Shown one piece after another: positions 12,564-25,413 of a stretch of 64,000 nt of DNA. Below the pieces are notes generated by a model, which was given only the letters and a program-made list of their open reading frames with translations, ran no database searches and was not told the origin of the DNA. This stretch comes from Octopus vulgaris (lineage: Eukaryota), in NCBI GenBank assembly GCA_951406725.2, contig OX597819.1, positions 107,570,001 through 107,634,000 of the forward strand. Reading direction: 5' to 3'. A program made the position numbers and the translations under genes. The first letter of the stretch is position 1. The number at the start of each line of letters is the position of its first letter.

Positions 12564-15500
12564 ATGTCTGGAAAGCAACAAACAAAATTAACAGAATCCG
12601 AAAGAATTCTAATGGAAATTTCATCGAAATTATCAACACTCATCACGATGATTGACACACAATCCTCTATTTTAAAGGAAATAGAAAAACAGTCTACAGA
12701 CGGAAAACTTGGAAATGAACACATAAACTCTGAAATTAAGAATTTAGCTGAAATGATACCAACAATTATAAAATCTACAAGAGAAAGCCTACCACAACCT
12801 CCTTGGATGTCAGAAATAAACGAAAGAAATCTGGAAAAAGAGGCACACCGAAAAAGAGAAGAGATACAGAAGACATGGAAAAAACTCCTTAACATAAGAA
12901 AACAGAACTTCTGGAAGGCATATAAATGCGAAAAATATGCTGAAATACATTCGAAATGGATATCTTTAGCGGCACCCGTACTTCCTCGGAAGTACCTAAT
13001 TAAAGAAATTGCAGGAGAACCAGAGGAAGAAACTAAACTTCGATGGGACCTTAGTTTGATAAAATTCAGGACCGACATCTCCATTACCCTGTCTAAACAA
13101 TCCCGCTACAAAGCCAAATACGAAGCTATCGATGATCAAATCAGAGATGAAATATCCAAACTAACGACCGGCAATATAGCAGAAAAAATGCGAGAACTAT
13201 GGATCAGAGATATCTCAAAAGAAGAAAGCAGATCAAGAAAGTTTTGGCAGCGGAAACAATTATTTCTCGACAAATATGCTACAAATTACGGTAAAGACAC
13301 CAGAACTCCGAGAAATAGCATTAAAAGTGGACAACCTCACCAACGCAACATACACCAGAACACGTGGCAACATGAACACCCGTTTCACCACGAATCGAAG
13401 ACGAACTACGGTAAGAACTCTTCCCATTTTGTATGCAAACACCCTAATGCACACAACATGAACAAAAAGCACAAACAAAATAGATATTGTTTTGAACAGA
13501 CCATTAGCAGTAGAAATAACAGGAGATCATTTTCAAGACCTCAACAGAGATTACCCACAAGAAACTGGACAAAAAACCGATCTAGATCTAGAAGTAAACC
13601 CAGATCATTTCTCCAGGTGGTTAAAAACAATGCTAACAAGAAATTGAAAAGTAGCATACATAATACCAAAAACAAGACAGAAAACATAACGAAACCAAGT
13701 AAAGTACCACAACCAAAACGCAAAATTCATCAAGCAAACATCAACAGGAATATAAATCATAACCAGAAAAAAAATCCATTTTTTTACGTCAGGACAACAA
13801 ACACCGGAGAAAGAAAAAATCCAAGAGGAAACATACCCCAAACAACTGAACGTATAGATCCTAAAATAATTAATTTATCAAAAAGAGATCTTGACAATGA
13901 TGAAATCCAACTTCTGTCAAAAGGACTGAAATTCACACCTACACCAACAGCCAACCACCAAGAATTAAAGGAGGATATCCAAAAATTCTGTCGAAAATTA
14001 CGACTTGTAGAATTCTTCGCTAACAAAAGTAATGAGATTGATGAATCCCTAGTAAGGAATAAATCAAATTTCACCCCACCAAAAGGAAGAAATAGCTACC
14101 TTGACCAATACATTGATATCCTGTCTAAATTTCCCCTTAGACGCAATACCAATGTTAGGCCAAACATTAGCAAATCAGAGATGTCTGCATGTAAACGTAT
14201 ACAAAACGATCAAACAATAATAATTAAACAAGCAGATAAAGGTGGTGCAATTGTTATTATGGATACCGAATACTATAAGGATTTGGTTGAAGACCAACTG
14301 AAGGATACAACCTTCTATTGTGAAATACCCGCAAATATAGACCACCACATCATGAAAAAGATCAACAACCTGATTTCAACACACCACAACTCACTTACGG
14401 ATAATGAAAAAGACTACATCACCAATTTTGAACCAAAACCCAGCAACTTCTACGGCTTACCAAAAATACACAAATCAAAAAACATTCAACAGGCAGTAAA
14501 AGAACAAGAAAGTGAGTACATAAAATTATTACATCCAAAAGACCTAAAACTTAGACCTATTATAGCTGGTCCAGCATGCCCTACACACCGTCTAAGCAAT
14601 TTTATTGACATTGTTTTGAAACCACTATGTACTTACATACCAAGTTTCATCAGGGATGACATCGACTTCCTGTCCCATCTTCCCAAAACAACAGAAACAA
14701 ATTCAGTTTTACTAAGTTTTGATGTGGTAAGCCTCTACACCAATATTCCACACGATTTAGGAATAAAGGCGATTAAATACTGGTTAGAAAAACATAGAGA
14801 AGTGATTCCCAGCAGATTCACAGTGCCATTTATATTAGACACAGTCAAACTTATTCTAGAAAATAACACATTCTTCTTCAATGGAAAGAATTACATCCAA
14901 ATTAGAGGCACGGCGATGGGAACGAGGTTTGCTCCCGTTTACGCCAACTCTGTAATGGGATACTTAGAAGAACAACTCTACCAAGAGGTGGAGGTAAACT
15001 ATGGCACTGGATTTAGAAAGTATATTGAAAAGGCATGGAAGAGATACCTAGACGACTGTTTCATAATCTGGACAGAATCTCTAAATACTCTGGAAGAGTT
15101 CAATATCCTCCTGAACAACCTACACCCATCTCTCAAATTTACAAAGGAGATGAGTAGTACCAAATTACCATTCCTGGATATAATGGTAATTAAAAAAGAC
15201 ACCACCATCACCACAGATATATACTATAAACACACAGACACACATCAATACCTAAATTTTAAGTCGTGCCATCCACCACATACAAAACGTAACATCCCAT
15301 ACTGCCTAGCCAGAAGAATTTGTACTATTGTAGAAGATGCAAATATCAGGAACAAACGCCTAATAGAACTAAGAGAATTTTTGCTCAAACAAAAATACCC
15401 ATCTCTACTTATAGAAAATAGCATACAGCGGGCTATAAAAATACCTATACAACAACTTAGGACAACCCAAGGAAGAGGAAAACAAGAACAAGTCATACCA

Positions 15501-16091
15501 TTCATAGTGACACACAACCCATGTCACCAGAATATCTTCAACATTGCCAAAGCAAACCTACCAATCATTGCCCAAAGTAATGAATTAAAAGACATAATCA
15601 AGGATCGAGCTATGGTGCTTAGTAAAAGACAGCCTAAAAACTTGAAAACATTACTAACAAAGGCAAAATTTGACCTCAGCAACAAAGACCAAACATTCAC
15701 GGTATCTAAATGCAATGATAGCCGATGTGGCACATGCCAATTCATACATACCGGTCAATATATAAACACAAAAACCGGGAAAATATTCACAAACGCGAAT
15801 ATGAACTGCAAAAGCAGAAATTTAATTTACTGCATCAAATGCCCAAATTGTGAAGAAATATATGTAGGTCAGACGGGAAACGCACTATTAGAACGCTCAC
15901 GTGTACACCGGCAACAGATTAGAGACCCAGAGGTCCGTCAGATACCTTTGAGTAACCACCTAGCAACATGTGGTCGGAAAATATATATAATATTTCCATT
16001 CTACAAATTACACAGCCCAAGTGAAATCGAGAGGAAAATCAGAGAAAAGAATTTTATTGATAAATTCGAACCCAAGCTAAATAAGCAATAA
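12564..16091 (+). CDS. PLE polyprotein: ~400-aa coiled-coil/basic N-terminal region, reverse transcriptase, CxxxxCxxC linker, GIY-YIG endonuclease with CCHH
   Basis: Motifs IINLS...LLSKGLKFTP, KQADKGGAIVIMD, FYGLPKIHK, SFDVVSLYTNIP, GTAMGTRFAPVYAN, KRYLDDCF, LPFLDI, CNDSRCGTC, NLIYCIKCPNCEEIYVGQTG, H...HL and REKNFI...LN. Confidence 0.95.
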   Translation: MSGKQQTKLTESERILMEISSKLSTLITMIDTQSSILKEIEKQSTDGKLGNEHINSEIKNLAEMIPTIIKSTRESLPQPPWMSEINERNLEKEAHRKREEIQKTWKKLLNIRKQNFWKAYKCEKYAEIHSKWISLAAPVLPRKYLIKEIAGEPEEETKLRWDLSLIKFRTDISITLSKQSRYKAKYEAIDDQIRDEISKLTTGNIAEKMRELWIRDISKEESRSRKFWQRKQLFLDKYATNYGKDTRTPRNSIKSGQPHQRNIHQNTWQHEHPFHHESKTNYGKNSSHFVCKHPNAHNMNKKHKQNRYCFEQTISSRNNRRSFSRPQQRLPTRNWTKNRSRSRSKPRSFLQVVKNNANKKLKSSIHNTKNKTENITKPSKVPQPKRKIHQANINRNINHNQKKNPFFYVRTTNTGERKNPRGNIPQTTERIDPKIINLSKRDLDNDEIQLLSKGLKFTPTPTANHQELKEDIQKFCRKLRLVEFFANKSNEIDESLVRNKSNFTPPKGRNSYLDQYIDILSKFPLRRNTNVRPNISKSEMSACKRIQNDQTIIIKQADKGGAIVIMDTEYYKDLVEDQLKDTTFYCEIPANIDHHIMKKINNLISTHHNSLTDNEKDYITNFEPKPSNFYGLPKIHKSKNIQQAVKEQESEYIKLLHPKDLKLRPIIAGPACPTHRLSNFIDIVLKPLCTYIPSFIRDDIDFLSHLPKTTETNSVLLSFDVVSLYTNIPHDLGIKAIKYWLEKHREVIPSRFTVPFILDTVKLILENNTFFFNGKNYIQIRGTAMGTRFAPVYANSVMGYLEEQLYQEVEVNYGTGFRKYIEKAWKRYLDDCFIIWTESLNTLEEFNILLNNLHPSLKFTKEMSSTKLPFLDIMVIKKDTTITTDIYYKHTDTHQYLNFKSCHPPHTKRNIPYCLARRICTIVEDANIRNKRLIELREFLLKQKYPSLLIENSIQRAIKIPIQQLRTTQGRGKQEQVIPFIVTHNPCHQNIFNIAKANLPIIAQSNELKDIIKDRAMVLSKRQPKNLKTLLTKAKFDLSNKDQTFTVSKCNDSRCGTCQFIHTGQYINTKTGKIFTNANMNCKSRNLIYCIKCPNCEEIYVGQTGNALLERSRVHRQQIRDPEVRQIPLSNHLATCGRKIYIIFPFYKLHSPSEIERKIREKNFIDKFEPKLNKQ

Positions 16092-16356
16092 TAATAATAC
16101 TTAGAGGTATTACTTCCACTGCTACGACCATGACCACTAACAACAACAACAATACTAAAGGTGATCAAGACGAAGATAGCAGGAAAATTATCTTGTTTAG
16201 GGTTAAAAGTTCTATTGCCACCACCATCACCACTAGCAACAATAATTAAGGTGCTGACAATGATGATGATGACAATTGAAATATAAAAATATAAAAATCT
16301 CTGACAAAGGATATTTACAACATTTCTAAAAATAACCCAACAATTGCTGCTTCGGC

Positions 16357-16809
16357 CAGGGTCAAGATACAGGACTCTTGACCTGTCCAACAAAGCGTGA
16401 TGCCTAAACCAATCAGCTCAACCAACCAATCAGCTTAAGTAATTGAGTGATACTACACACTGATTGGTCAGAATACAGTTTGCAAAACCTAGCACTCTGG
16501 AGCCTACCCAGCTGTATTTATAGCACAGAATCACTCATCTTGCTACAGTCAAAAATTGTGAAGCATGACTGTCAACACTACTACATGAACCCGAAGATTG
16601 CAGAATTCAATGCATGAAAGTACTAGTTCAATCAGAATGAATATTTAACATTCTACTATTTCATTTTATTTTATTCAATTATAATATATTATCTTATAAT
16701 ATATCATTATAAGATTGTAAATAAAACGTGAAAATCAGACAAGGTTGGAATTCTTTTTATTAATATATTCTTCTATACACAATCACACACACCCATATAT
16801 ATATATATC

Positions 16810-16814
<5 letters not shown>
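16357..16814 (+). repeat. 3' pseudo-LTR of PLE 2
   Basis: Direct repeat of 12085-12542; runs into a TA-rich microsatellite. Confidence 0.95.
16586..16630 (+). ncRNA. Minimal type I hammerhead ribozyme (copy in the 3' pLTR)
   Basis: Identical to 12314-12358. Confidence 0.75.
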
Positions 16815-16844
<30 letters not shown>

Positions 16845-17610
16845 TATTTATATATACATGTATATAGATAGATAGATGCCAATTTATATATATACAGGTA
16901 TCTACGTAGCAATGTATGTAGTTATACATATATATGTATACACACACATAAATGTATATAAATATAGACACATGCACTCACATACACACTCACACACACA
17001 TATGTATTTATACATTTATATGTGTATGCATGTCTGTCTATTGTGTGCATGTATATATAGGTAGATATTTACATATACATGCTTACATATATGCTTACAT
17101 CAACAAACGGCCATACACTTGAGCGTATGCATATACACACGTATGTAGATTCCTACATTTTCACATAGCCGAACGTGTGTGTATAAATGAGTATACATAC
17201 ATTAAAATACGTAAATTGGCCCACGTGTACGTACATAGTTATTGAATCACATACATTGTTATCATTATCCCTTTTCTTCCTTTTTTCTCATTCTCCTTGT
17301 TTTTTCTATTTTTCAACTTCTTCCTCCCCTTAGTTTTTAACCACTCAAGCGTTTTAGCTTCATTTTAGTATGATTTATTCATTATTTTGTTTATTTGTAT
17401 TTTTCATCCACTCAAATAATTGATTATGAGGATTTCTTTTTTATATTTTTCAATGCAACTTTACTTTGCTTTAAAACCCACTAATTTAAAAACCACGATT
17501 ACAATGCACTCACTACACTATCTAGAAGATTCTTGAAAATATAACCAGTACTCAATACAAGAGAACGTACAATTTGGAGAAGTTTTGTCCACGAATAACA
17601 AGCATCATAA

Positions 17611-18006
17611 TCTCTGTATATATATATATAGCTGAAGTTGTCTGTGTATGGTAGGTTTGGTAGCCTTCAACTAACACTATCTCTTCCGAGACCCTGCAGC
17701 GCAAGTTGACCAAAATTGAGAGTATGATAGAAGAAGGTTTGCACTTCCTTCCGTAGAAGAAAAAATTCAAATCGGACCATGTTAACACCAAAAATTATTT
17801 ACATAAAAAGGGTGCTTTTTTCTATGTAAATCCCTATTTTTTTACGATTTTTTGACTGCTGTGTCGCCATTTTTCGGTGTATTTCAACCAGAAAAACGTT
17901 CACTTAAAGAGAATAACAAGCTACATAATGCACAATTTTTACTTTTCAAAAATTCCACTTCTAAAGGGTCGAAACAAACCCGAGCAACGCCGGGCGATAC
18001 TGCTAG
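17611..18006 (+). mobile_element. Non-autonomous Helitron-like element
   Basis: A|TCTCTGTATATA...cccgagcaacgccgggcgatactgCTAG|T: TC start, subterminal hairpin, CTAG end, AT insertion site. Confidence 0.75.
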
Positions 18007-18229
18007 TAACCTGATACATGAAAATAATAAGAGTCATAATATAAGTTCTTATCACAAAAATTATGTGAGGGATGGTGGTGGAATGAGCGTTACTAGAAGA
18101 ATGATGAACAATACTTACTATCTTACAGTTTATTATCACGAACATCAACTTGAGGGGTAAAAGTCTTATGCAAAGTTGTTTGTTGTTTATGACGCATCAT
18201 CTCTTTGTACAGCTAAGTATAGTAACAGA

Positions 18230-20478
18230 GCTCATTATAAACCCCTCTTTTAATATGTTACGTTCACGATTAGGATCCTTATCAGTAAAATCCTGTAGTG
18301 CTTCCTCTATAAGCGCCAGAACTTCTCAGCTTGTTCTTTTTCTAACAATATTAGCTGTTCGTTAGATAATATCCATCTCTGGGAAGTTATCAACTCACTC
18401 CCATCATCTTCTATGACTTTTTAAAACCCTACATAATTTACAGGTATCACAATATCTTTCCAAATCTAATTTAGATTTTCTGCTTGAGGAAAACTTATGT
18501 CACCGATATGTTCTGGCCATATACTTTTTCAAACATTATTCAAAGTTTAAAGTTTCACTTCATCTAATGGCTGAGTTATATTATCCCATAGCATTCATTA
18601 TGTTGAATTGCTTCCAGAAATCCCTGAAAGTAGGTTTAACCTCCTTGCCAATTACTTTCATATTTTGTTTGAAAGTTCTCATATAATATGCCTTTAGGTT
18701 AACTATCACACGTTGATCCACTGACTGGAGTAAAGAGATTGCATTCTTGAGCATATAGCCTACTCCCACATTATCAGAAGGTCAAGAGAGTTTGCTTGGT
18801 GGTTCGGTGCATTGTCTAAAATAAGCAATGCTTTGTTGGAAATATGTCTGGCAATGTACATTTCTACTGTAGGAGCAAAAATAATTTTGAATTACTTTAT
18901 AAAAAGGGATTTTGTATAATCCGTCAAAGCCCTTAGATTTTCGGGGTGTTACACGTGTAGAGGCTTTAATTTCATATCACCAGTGACATTTCCTCCCAAA
19001 AGAAGTATCTGTCGATTTTTGGAAGCTTTAAATCCGGATGTTGATTTTTCTTCTCGGGAAATAAAAGTTCTAGCAAGCATGCACTTCCAGAAAAGTGCAG
19101 TCTCAACTTAGTATACCTGTTCTGGTGTGCAACCCCCTTCAGCAATCATTTTCTGCAACTGACTAGGACAATTATTTGCAGCTCTGTATCAGCGTTCACA
19201 GTTTCACCAGTCATTTTCATGTTGTGTAAATTCAGGCTCTTCTTAAACATTTCAAACCAGACTTTACTAGCCTAAAAAGGGGTTTTCATTACAAGTTTCA
19301 CCTTCCTTTTTCTGCAATTTGTCATATAATATTTTGGTCCTTTCTTGACTTGTCACCGTGCTTATTGGTACATTGCACCAATTGTGATCCTCGATCCATA
19401 CACTCAAGAGATGTTCTACTTTAAGCATCACATGGAATAATAAAGTTCGGAACATTAACAGAGTAGTTTCTTGAGCTCTTGGTCTAAGTTTCTCTTTGTT
19501 GTCAAGTGTTTTCTCACTGTCGACATTGTAAGATTTAACGTTTTGGCAATATAACTTAGTTTTCCTCCCGCATCAAATCTTTTTAAAATATCAGGTTTGA
19601 TATCCAATGTAATTCCTTTGTGGTGCTTTTCGCACCACTGCCTTCAGATCTACTTGATAGCTCTTTCTGATATCTTAAACTGAAAGCAAATTCAACGACA
19701 CCAGCGCTGTGGTATAAAAATTGGTCCAGGAAAGATCTGATTTCTGAGAGGGGGAAATTGTCTTATTCTCATTGATGCAATAATGATAAAGATGAAATGG
19801 TGGAGGTCTGGAGAAGAGAAAGTACTATATGATTAGAATTAGTTGAAGGAGCGCCAGATCTTTTAGGTAATTCACCCCTTGCACCTCTGACTTCAGACGT
19901 AAATACACACACACACACACACAAACAAACAGTCATACGCACACACATACACACACATTCACCCACACTCATACATACACCAACACACACACGCAAACAG
20001 ACACACTCGTCTACACACATGCTGGCGTACATGCTAATATCCATTGTAAACAATTGGATTAACAAGTTAGGGAGTTGATAATGGTGATGATGTGGGTTGC
20101 ATTGATGTGTGGTTTAGATGTTAGTGATGGTAGGCGTGTATTGTTGGTATTGTGATGGTTATATTGTTCTTGCTAATTGTATCGTTGCGACTGTTTAGTC
20201 TCAAGTCAATACTCATAGACCTAAGATAAAAGACATTTCATTCAACTTTTAAAATTCCCTAGCAAACCGCATTACGGTAATCATTCACCATATTACGGTT
20301 CACATATCACGTACTCACTGCATCGCGATTTTTTTATTTATTTATTTTGTTTTTGCTAATATATGTAAATTTATATCGCGGATTTCTGCGGCCGATATGT
20401 ATTTATATTTTTTTTTAATTTTAACTATTTCTGTGAGAAATTTTCGAACGCAACAACCGCAGTAGTCGAGGGATTACA
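18230..20478 (-). mobile_element. Decayed Tigger/pogo (CENP-B-like) DNA transposon
   Basis: Peptide remnants LLQSVDQRVIVNLKAYYMRTF...RDFWKQFNI and KVEHLLSVWIED...ILYDKLQKKEG; terminal-like taatccctcgacta at ~20463-20476. Boundaries approximate. Confidence 0.7.
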
Positions 20479-20654
20479 CACACTCACACATACATATACA
20501 TATATACATACATACGTAGATATAAACATTCATATGTGTGTGTGCGTGTGCGTGTGTGTGTGTTTGTGTGCGAGTATTTGTGTGAGTATGTGTGTGTGTG
20601 CGTGTTTGTGTATATTTGTGCACGTATGTCTGTAGCGTGATTATAGTTTTCCAA

Positions 20655-20691
<37 letters not shown>

Positions 20692-20693
<2 letters not shown>

Positions 20694-20922
20694 TCTTTAT
20701 TACCCACAAGGGGCTAAACATAGAGAGGACAAACAAGGACAGACAAAGGGATTAAGTCGATTACATCGACCCCAGTGCGTAACTGGTACTTCATTTATCG
20801 ACCCCCGAAAGGATGAAAGGCAAAGTCAACCTCAGCGGAATTTGAACTCAGAACGTAGCGACGGGTGAAATACCACGAAGCACTTCGCCCGGCGTGCTGA
20901 CGTCTCTGCCAGCTCGCCGCCT
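20692..20922 (-). mobile_element. tRNA-derived SINE (family C)
   Basis: Minus-strand head ggcggcgagctggcaga...gagttcaaattccgc; the same family occurs at 35056-35467 and 61031-61259. Confidence 0.85.
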
Positions 20923-21323
20923 TTATATATATAAAGGGCAAAAGACCTGATATTTTGCTTTTTTGGTCTTTCTGGCTCTTTTCTGTAACATTAGTACGTG
21001 TGTTTGTAACACATATTTATTACATGTGTATGTATTCTTCTAATACGTTATAATACGTTTGAATAATTATATATACTAGACTGTCTACCGGCTGATGTAT
21101 GTCATTTTTATATCCTCTCTATTTTCGTATTTTAAGGGTAAACCACATTTTACCTCCGCCCATATATAACACTCAATTGCGAGATTGCCACGCAATAAAC
21201 ATTACTTGGGTATGAATAATTAGGCACACTACCAACAGTATATTGGATAGATACTATCCCTTAGTTGGTTGGTTTCCCAACCACTAACAGAAATATATAA
21301 TATATATATATATATATATATAG

Positions 21324-21857
<534 letters not shown>

Positions 21858-23044
21858 AAACCGGTTGGATATCACGACATCCATAAAATATGTATATATA
21901 TATTTTTTTTAATTTCTTAATAAAAAGATATTAACCTATGTGAAACGAAGGCATTTCTCTTCCACTTTTTGTATGTTTTCCAGATATTTTGAACCTATAT
22001 ATATGTGTGTGTGTATGTGTATGTATATACATCTATATACACACACACATACATATACATATATATTTATCTATATATATATATGTGTGTGTGTGTGTGT
22101 TTGTGTAATGTTCATCTTTTGCTGAGATTAGCGTAGCCAATCCTTTGAATGCAACATCAAAAGATATACCCGTGCATATGTGCATACGTGTATTTATGTA
22201 ATTTTTTCTGATAATTTTATGTGTATAGAGACTTCACCTTCATTCTCAAAGCTCAATAGATTTATATGATAATTTAGTTTAATTGTCTATTCATTCGAGA
22301 TGCATCCATTATGGTAGCATTCTATCCCTAATTAAGCTGATGTTGCCAACCACCTGCGACCTTAAGTTTAGCTAGTTATGCTTTGATAATATTGACTCAA
22401 ACATTGTACATTACAACAGAATCAAATACTCACCACCATCAAGAAAATGATATTACTAACATCATATGGTGCCTAGCTGACTGCGACCATCCCTACTCCT
22501 ATATTGAATTTGTATTAATCGAATATGCCTCTGAGGAAAGCTGCACATATTGTAACAGCCTGCAGTATCGCCAACAGGGAAACCAAAGAATCCTATCGCC
22601 CTCATCAAACAGACATCTTGTTAATGAACTTCAAACCATCCACTGCCAGCGTACCAGAAAGAACATCTTCACTCTAGCACAATTTTAGGATAAACAACCC
22701 CTGTTTGCTCTTGGCAAGATTATTTGCTTTCCGTGTTTTGTGATCGTGGCTTAGTAGCACTTAGGTAAAATTAAGTCATATAGCTATGCATGAAACGCAC
22801 ATCGAATTGCAGCCTGATGTCATCGCCTCATTTACCTTCACAAGTGAAGCGCCTTCTGCCCATTATTCCAAGTATTTGACATCAGTCACATCTCTGAGAT
22901 ACAAAACCCTACAAGTCACCGGTTGGCTCCACGCGGCAGCATACACATACATACTCTCACACACAAATTCATAAACACACAATCACACAAGCACACACAC
23001 TCACCATATATATATATATATACACATACATGCATACATATATG

Positions 23045-23108
<64 letters not shown>

Positions 23109-23395
23109 GCAATATAGCTGCGTCTACGCTGAAACAACTTATTAAATACATAATCTTAAAAAACTTATTAAATATTTGAAACTCCATCTGCATGAGTTTA
23201 TACAGCTTTCGTTTCTTCTGCCATTAATATGCCTGTGGATATAAATATATATGTATTTGTGTGTGCGTGTGAGGGGGTGGGGTGGAGACAGAGTACGGGA
23301 AAGAGAGAGAAATAGACAGACAAAAAGACAGGCGGCAGCTTGACAGACAGCAGACAGACAGACAGACATACAGACAGAACGACAGACAGACAGAA

Positions 23396-23551
<156 letters not shown>

Positions 23552-24168
23552 CTACATAATCTAACATGATCTTCATTTTTAAGACAGCTCGAATATGATT
23601 TTATAGTGATTTGTTTGCTCTTCCTAATAATCCAGCCATGTTGAGAAGGCTCAAGCATTAGATGGCTGATGGAAATGTTTCAGTAATTGTAAACTATTGC
23701 CAGTACTCCCATCGGAAGTACTTTGTAAACTGCGCTCTCGATGTATAGCGAGCGGAAGATTCAGTGATTATGAATAAATAGCATTCAGGAAGAAGAATTG
23801 TAAAATCGATATTTGTATTTGAGTGAGATGCAGGTAATGGAAACAATACAATATAATATAAATATAGTCAAGGGAACTTTGTGTTAAAGAACTGACACTC
23901 ACAAATTCACACCCACGAATACGTATGTATGTTTGAAGTTACGAAAGAGGTAACGTCATATTTATGAATCGCTTAGCAAGTATTATGTGTACAACTTACT
24001 ATGTGGTGAATGCAATAGACTTTACCTTGGCATTATACTTCACAGACTATACATCTGCGTAAAGAAACGCATTTGCACAAACGCTATATTTACCAGAAAA
24101 TATCTGGTGAAATGTTGAAACCAGAAGAGGCCGAAAATCCGCGTTGTCAGAAAAAAAAATTACTAATA

Positions 24169-25413
24169 CGAGAGCCGGCTGTAAAGTTTATAGGCTGACC
24201 AAGATAATCTCATGGAATGTCACCAAATAAGGATTTTTTTTTTCAACATAGTCCTCCTAGCGGTCCTCACTTATTTCATCAGTGTTGTAGTGCTTGGATC
24301 CCATTGGTGAAGAAAGAAGCTTTATTGTTGACCCAAAAATTCAACAGCAGATTTGAACTCATCATCACTACAATACTGGTTCCCGGTGAAATGTTTTTTA
24401 TGTTGGAGACAAATCAGAAGAATAGGGAATGTGATCAACGAGCTGAAAGCCACAATCACGTAAGCAGCCAAGACTTCTGTACTGGAACATTGTCCTGAGA
24501 AAACAAGACCTCTTTCTCTAGTTTTCCTGGACATTTGGCCTTGAAAGCCTTTCGTAAGTGCCTCAGCAAGTTGTCATTGATGATGGGACCCTATGAAAAT
24601 AGTCAAAAAACGGTGCCTTTTTGCATCACCAAAATCTGATGCCATCACCTTCCCTGCAGATGAAGCCACTTTGGCCTTCTTTGGCACTGGTAAGGAAGGC
24701 TATTTCCATCGCATGGATTGTTTCTTTGTCTTTAGCTGAATGTCATGAGCCCCCAACACTCATTCTATATTAAGAAACGTTCAAAGAAACCAGATGGATC
24801 AGCCTCAAACAATATCAGATTGTCCTGTGATGTGATTACCCTGGTGCGCTTTTCATCGTGTGTCAGAAAACATGACGCCCACAAAACAGGAACCTTCGTC
24901 AAGCCAAGTTCACTGTGCAAAATATTCTTAACTATCTCACGGGATATGCTAAATGTGTTGGCTATTTGATTCATTGTCAATTGCCTGTCGTCCATCACCA
25001 TGTGGTGAACACTATCAATGCTTTCCTCAGTGGTAGCATTTGCAGGATATTAAAATCTTGGGTGATCTTCAAGTTACTCCGTTCTCCTCCCAAATTCAGC
25101 GGCTTACTTTTGCACTGTTTATAAAGCAGGAGCGTCATCCTTAATGTAGCAACGATGTCAATATAAATGCTGTTGGGGGCTAAACCCTTTTTTTCTGAAG
25201 GTACTTGATAACACCACGAAGTCAAGCTGTGTCCATTTTCAAGAGAAGTTGCTACTACTTACTCTTGAAATCTTTGAACAGTCAGATGTCAGTTTACCTG
25301 GAAAGAAGCAACGCAAGTATTAATAAAAAGAGCTGAAATTAATGCATGCACAATTTCACAGCTCTTGCATCACACCTTCATAGTTAGTCTATGAACTTTT
25401 CAGCCCACCCTTA
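24169..25413 (-). mobile_element. Decayed full-length mariner transposon
   Basis: Imperfect ~31-bp TIRs (cgagagccggctgtaaagtttataggctgac / gttagtctatgaacttttcagcccaccctta), TA flanks, ~1.25 kb; ORF remnant MVMDDRQLTMNQIANTFSISREIVKNILHSELGLTKVPVLW. Confidence 0.85.

Larger units (their letters stand above)
12085..16814 (+). mobile_element. Penelope-like retroelement 2 (Neptune-type), apparently intact, with direct pseudo-LTRs, inserted in (TA)n
   Basis: Direct repeats 12085-12542 and 16357-16814 (offset 4272, no differences seen) flank a 1175-aa RT/GIY-YIG ORF; TA repeats lie on both outer sides. Confidence 0.95.
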
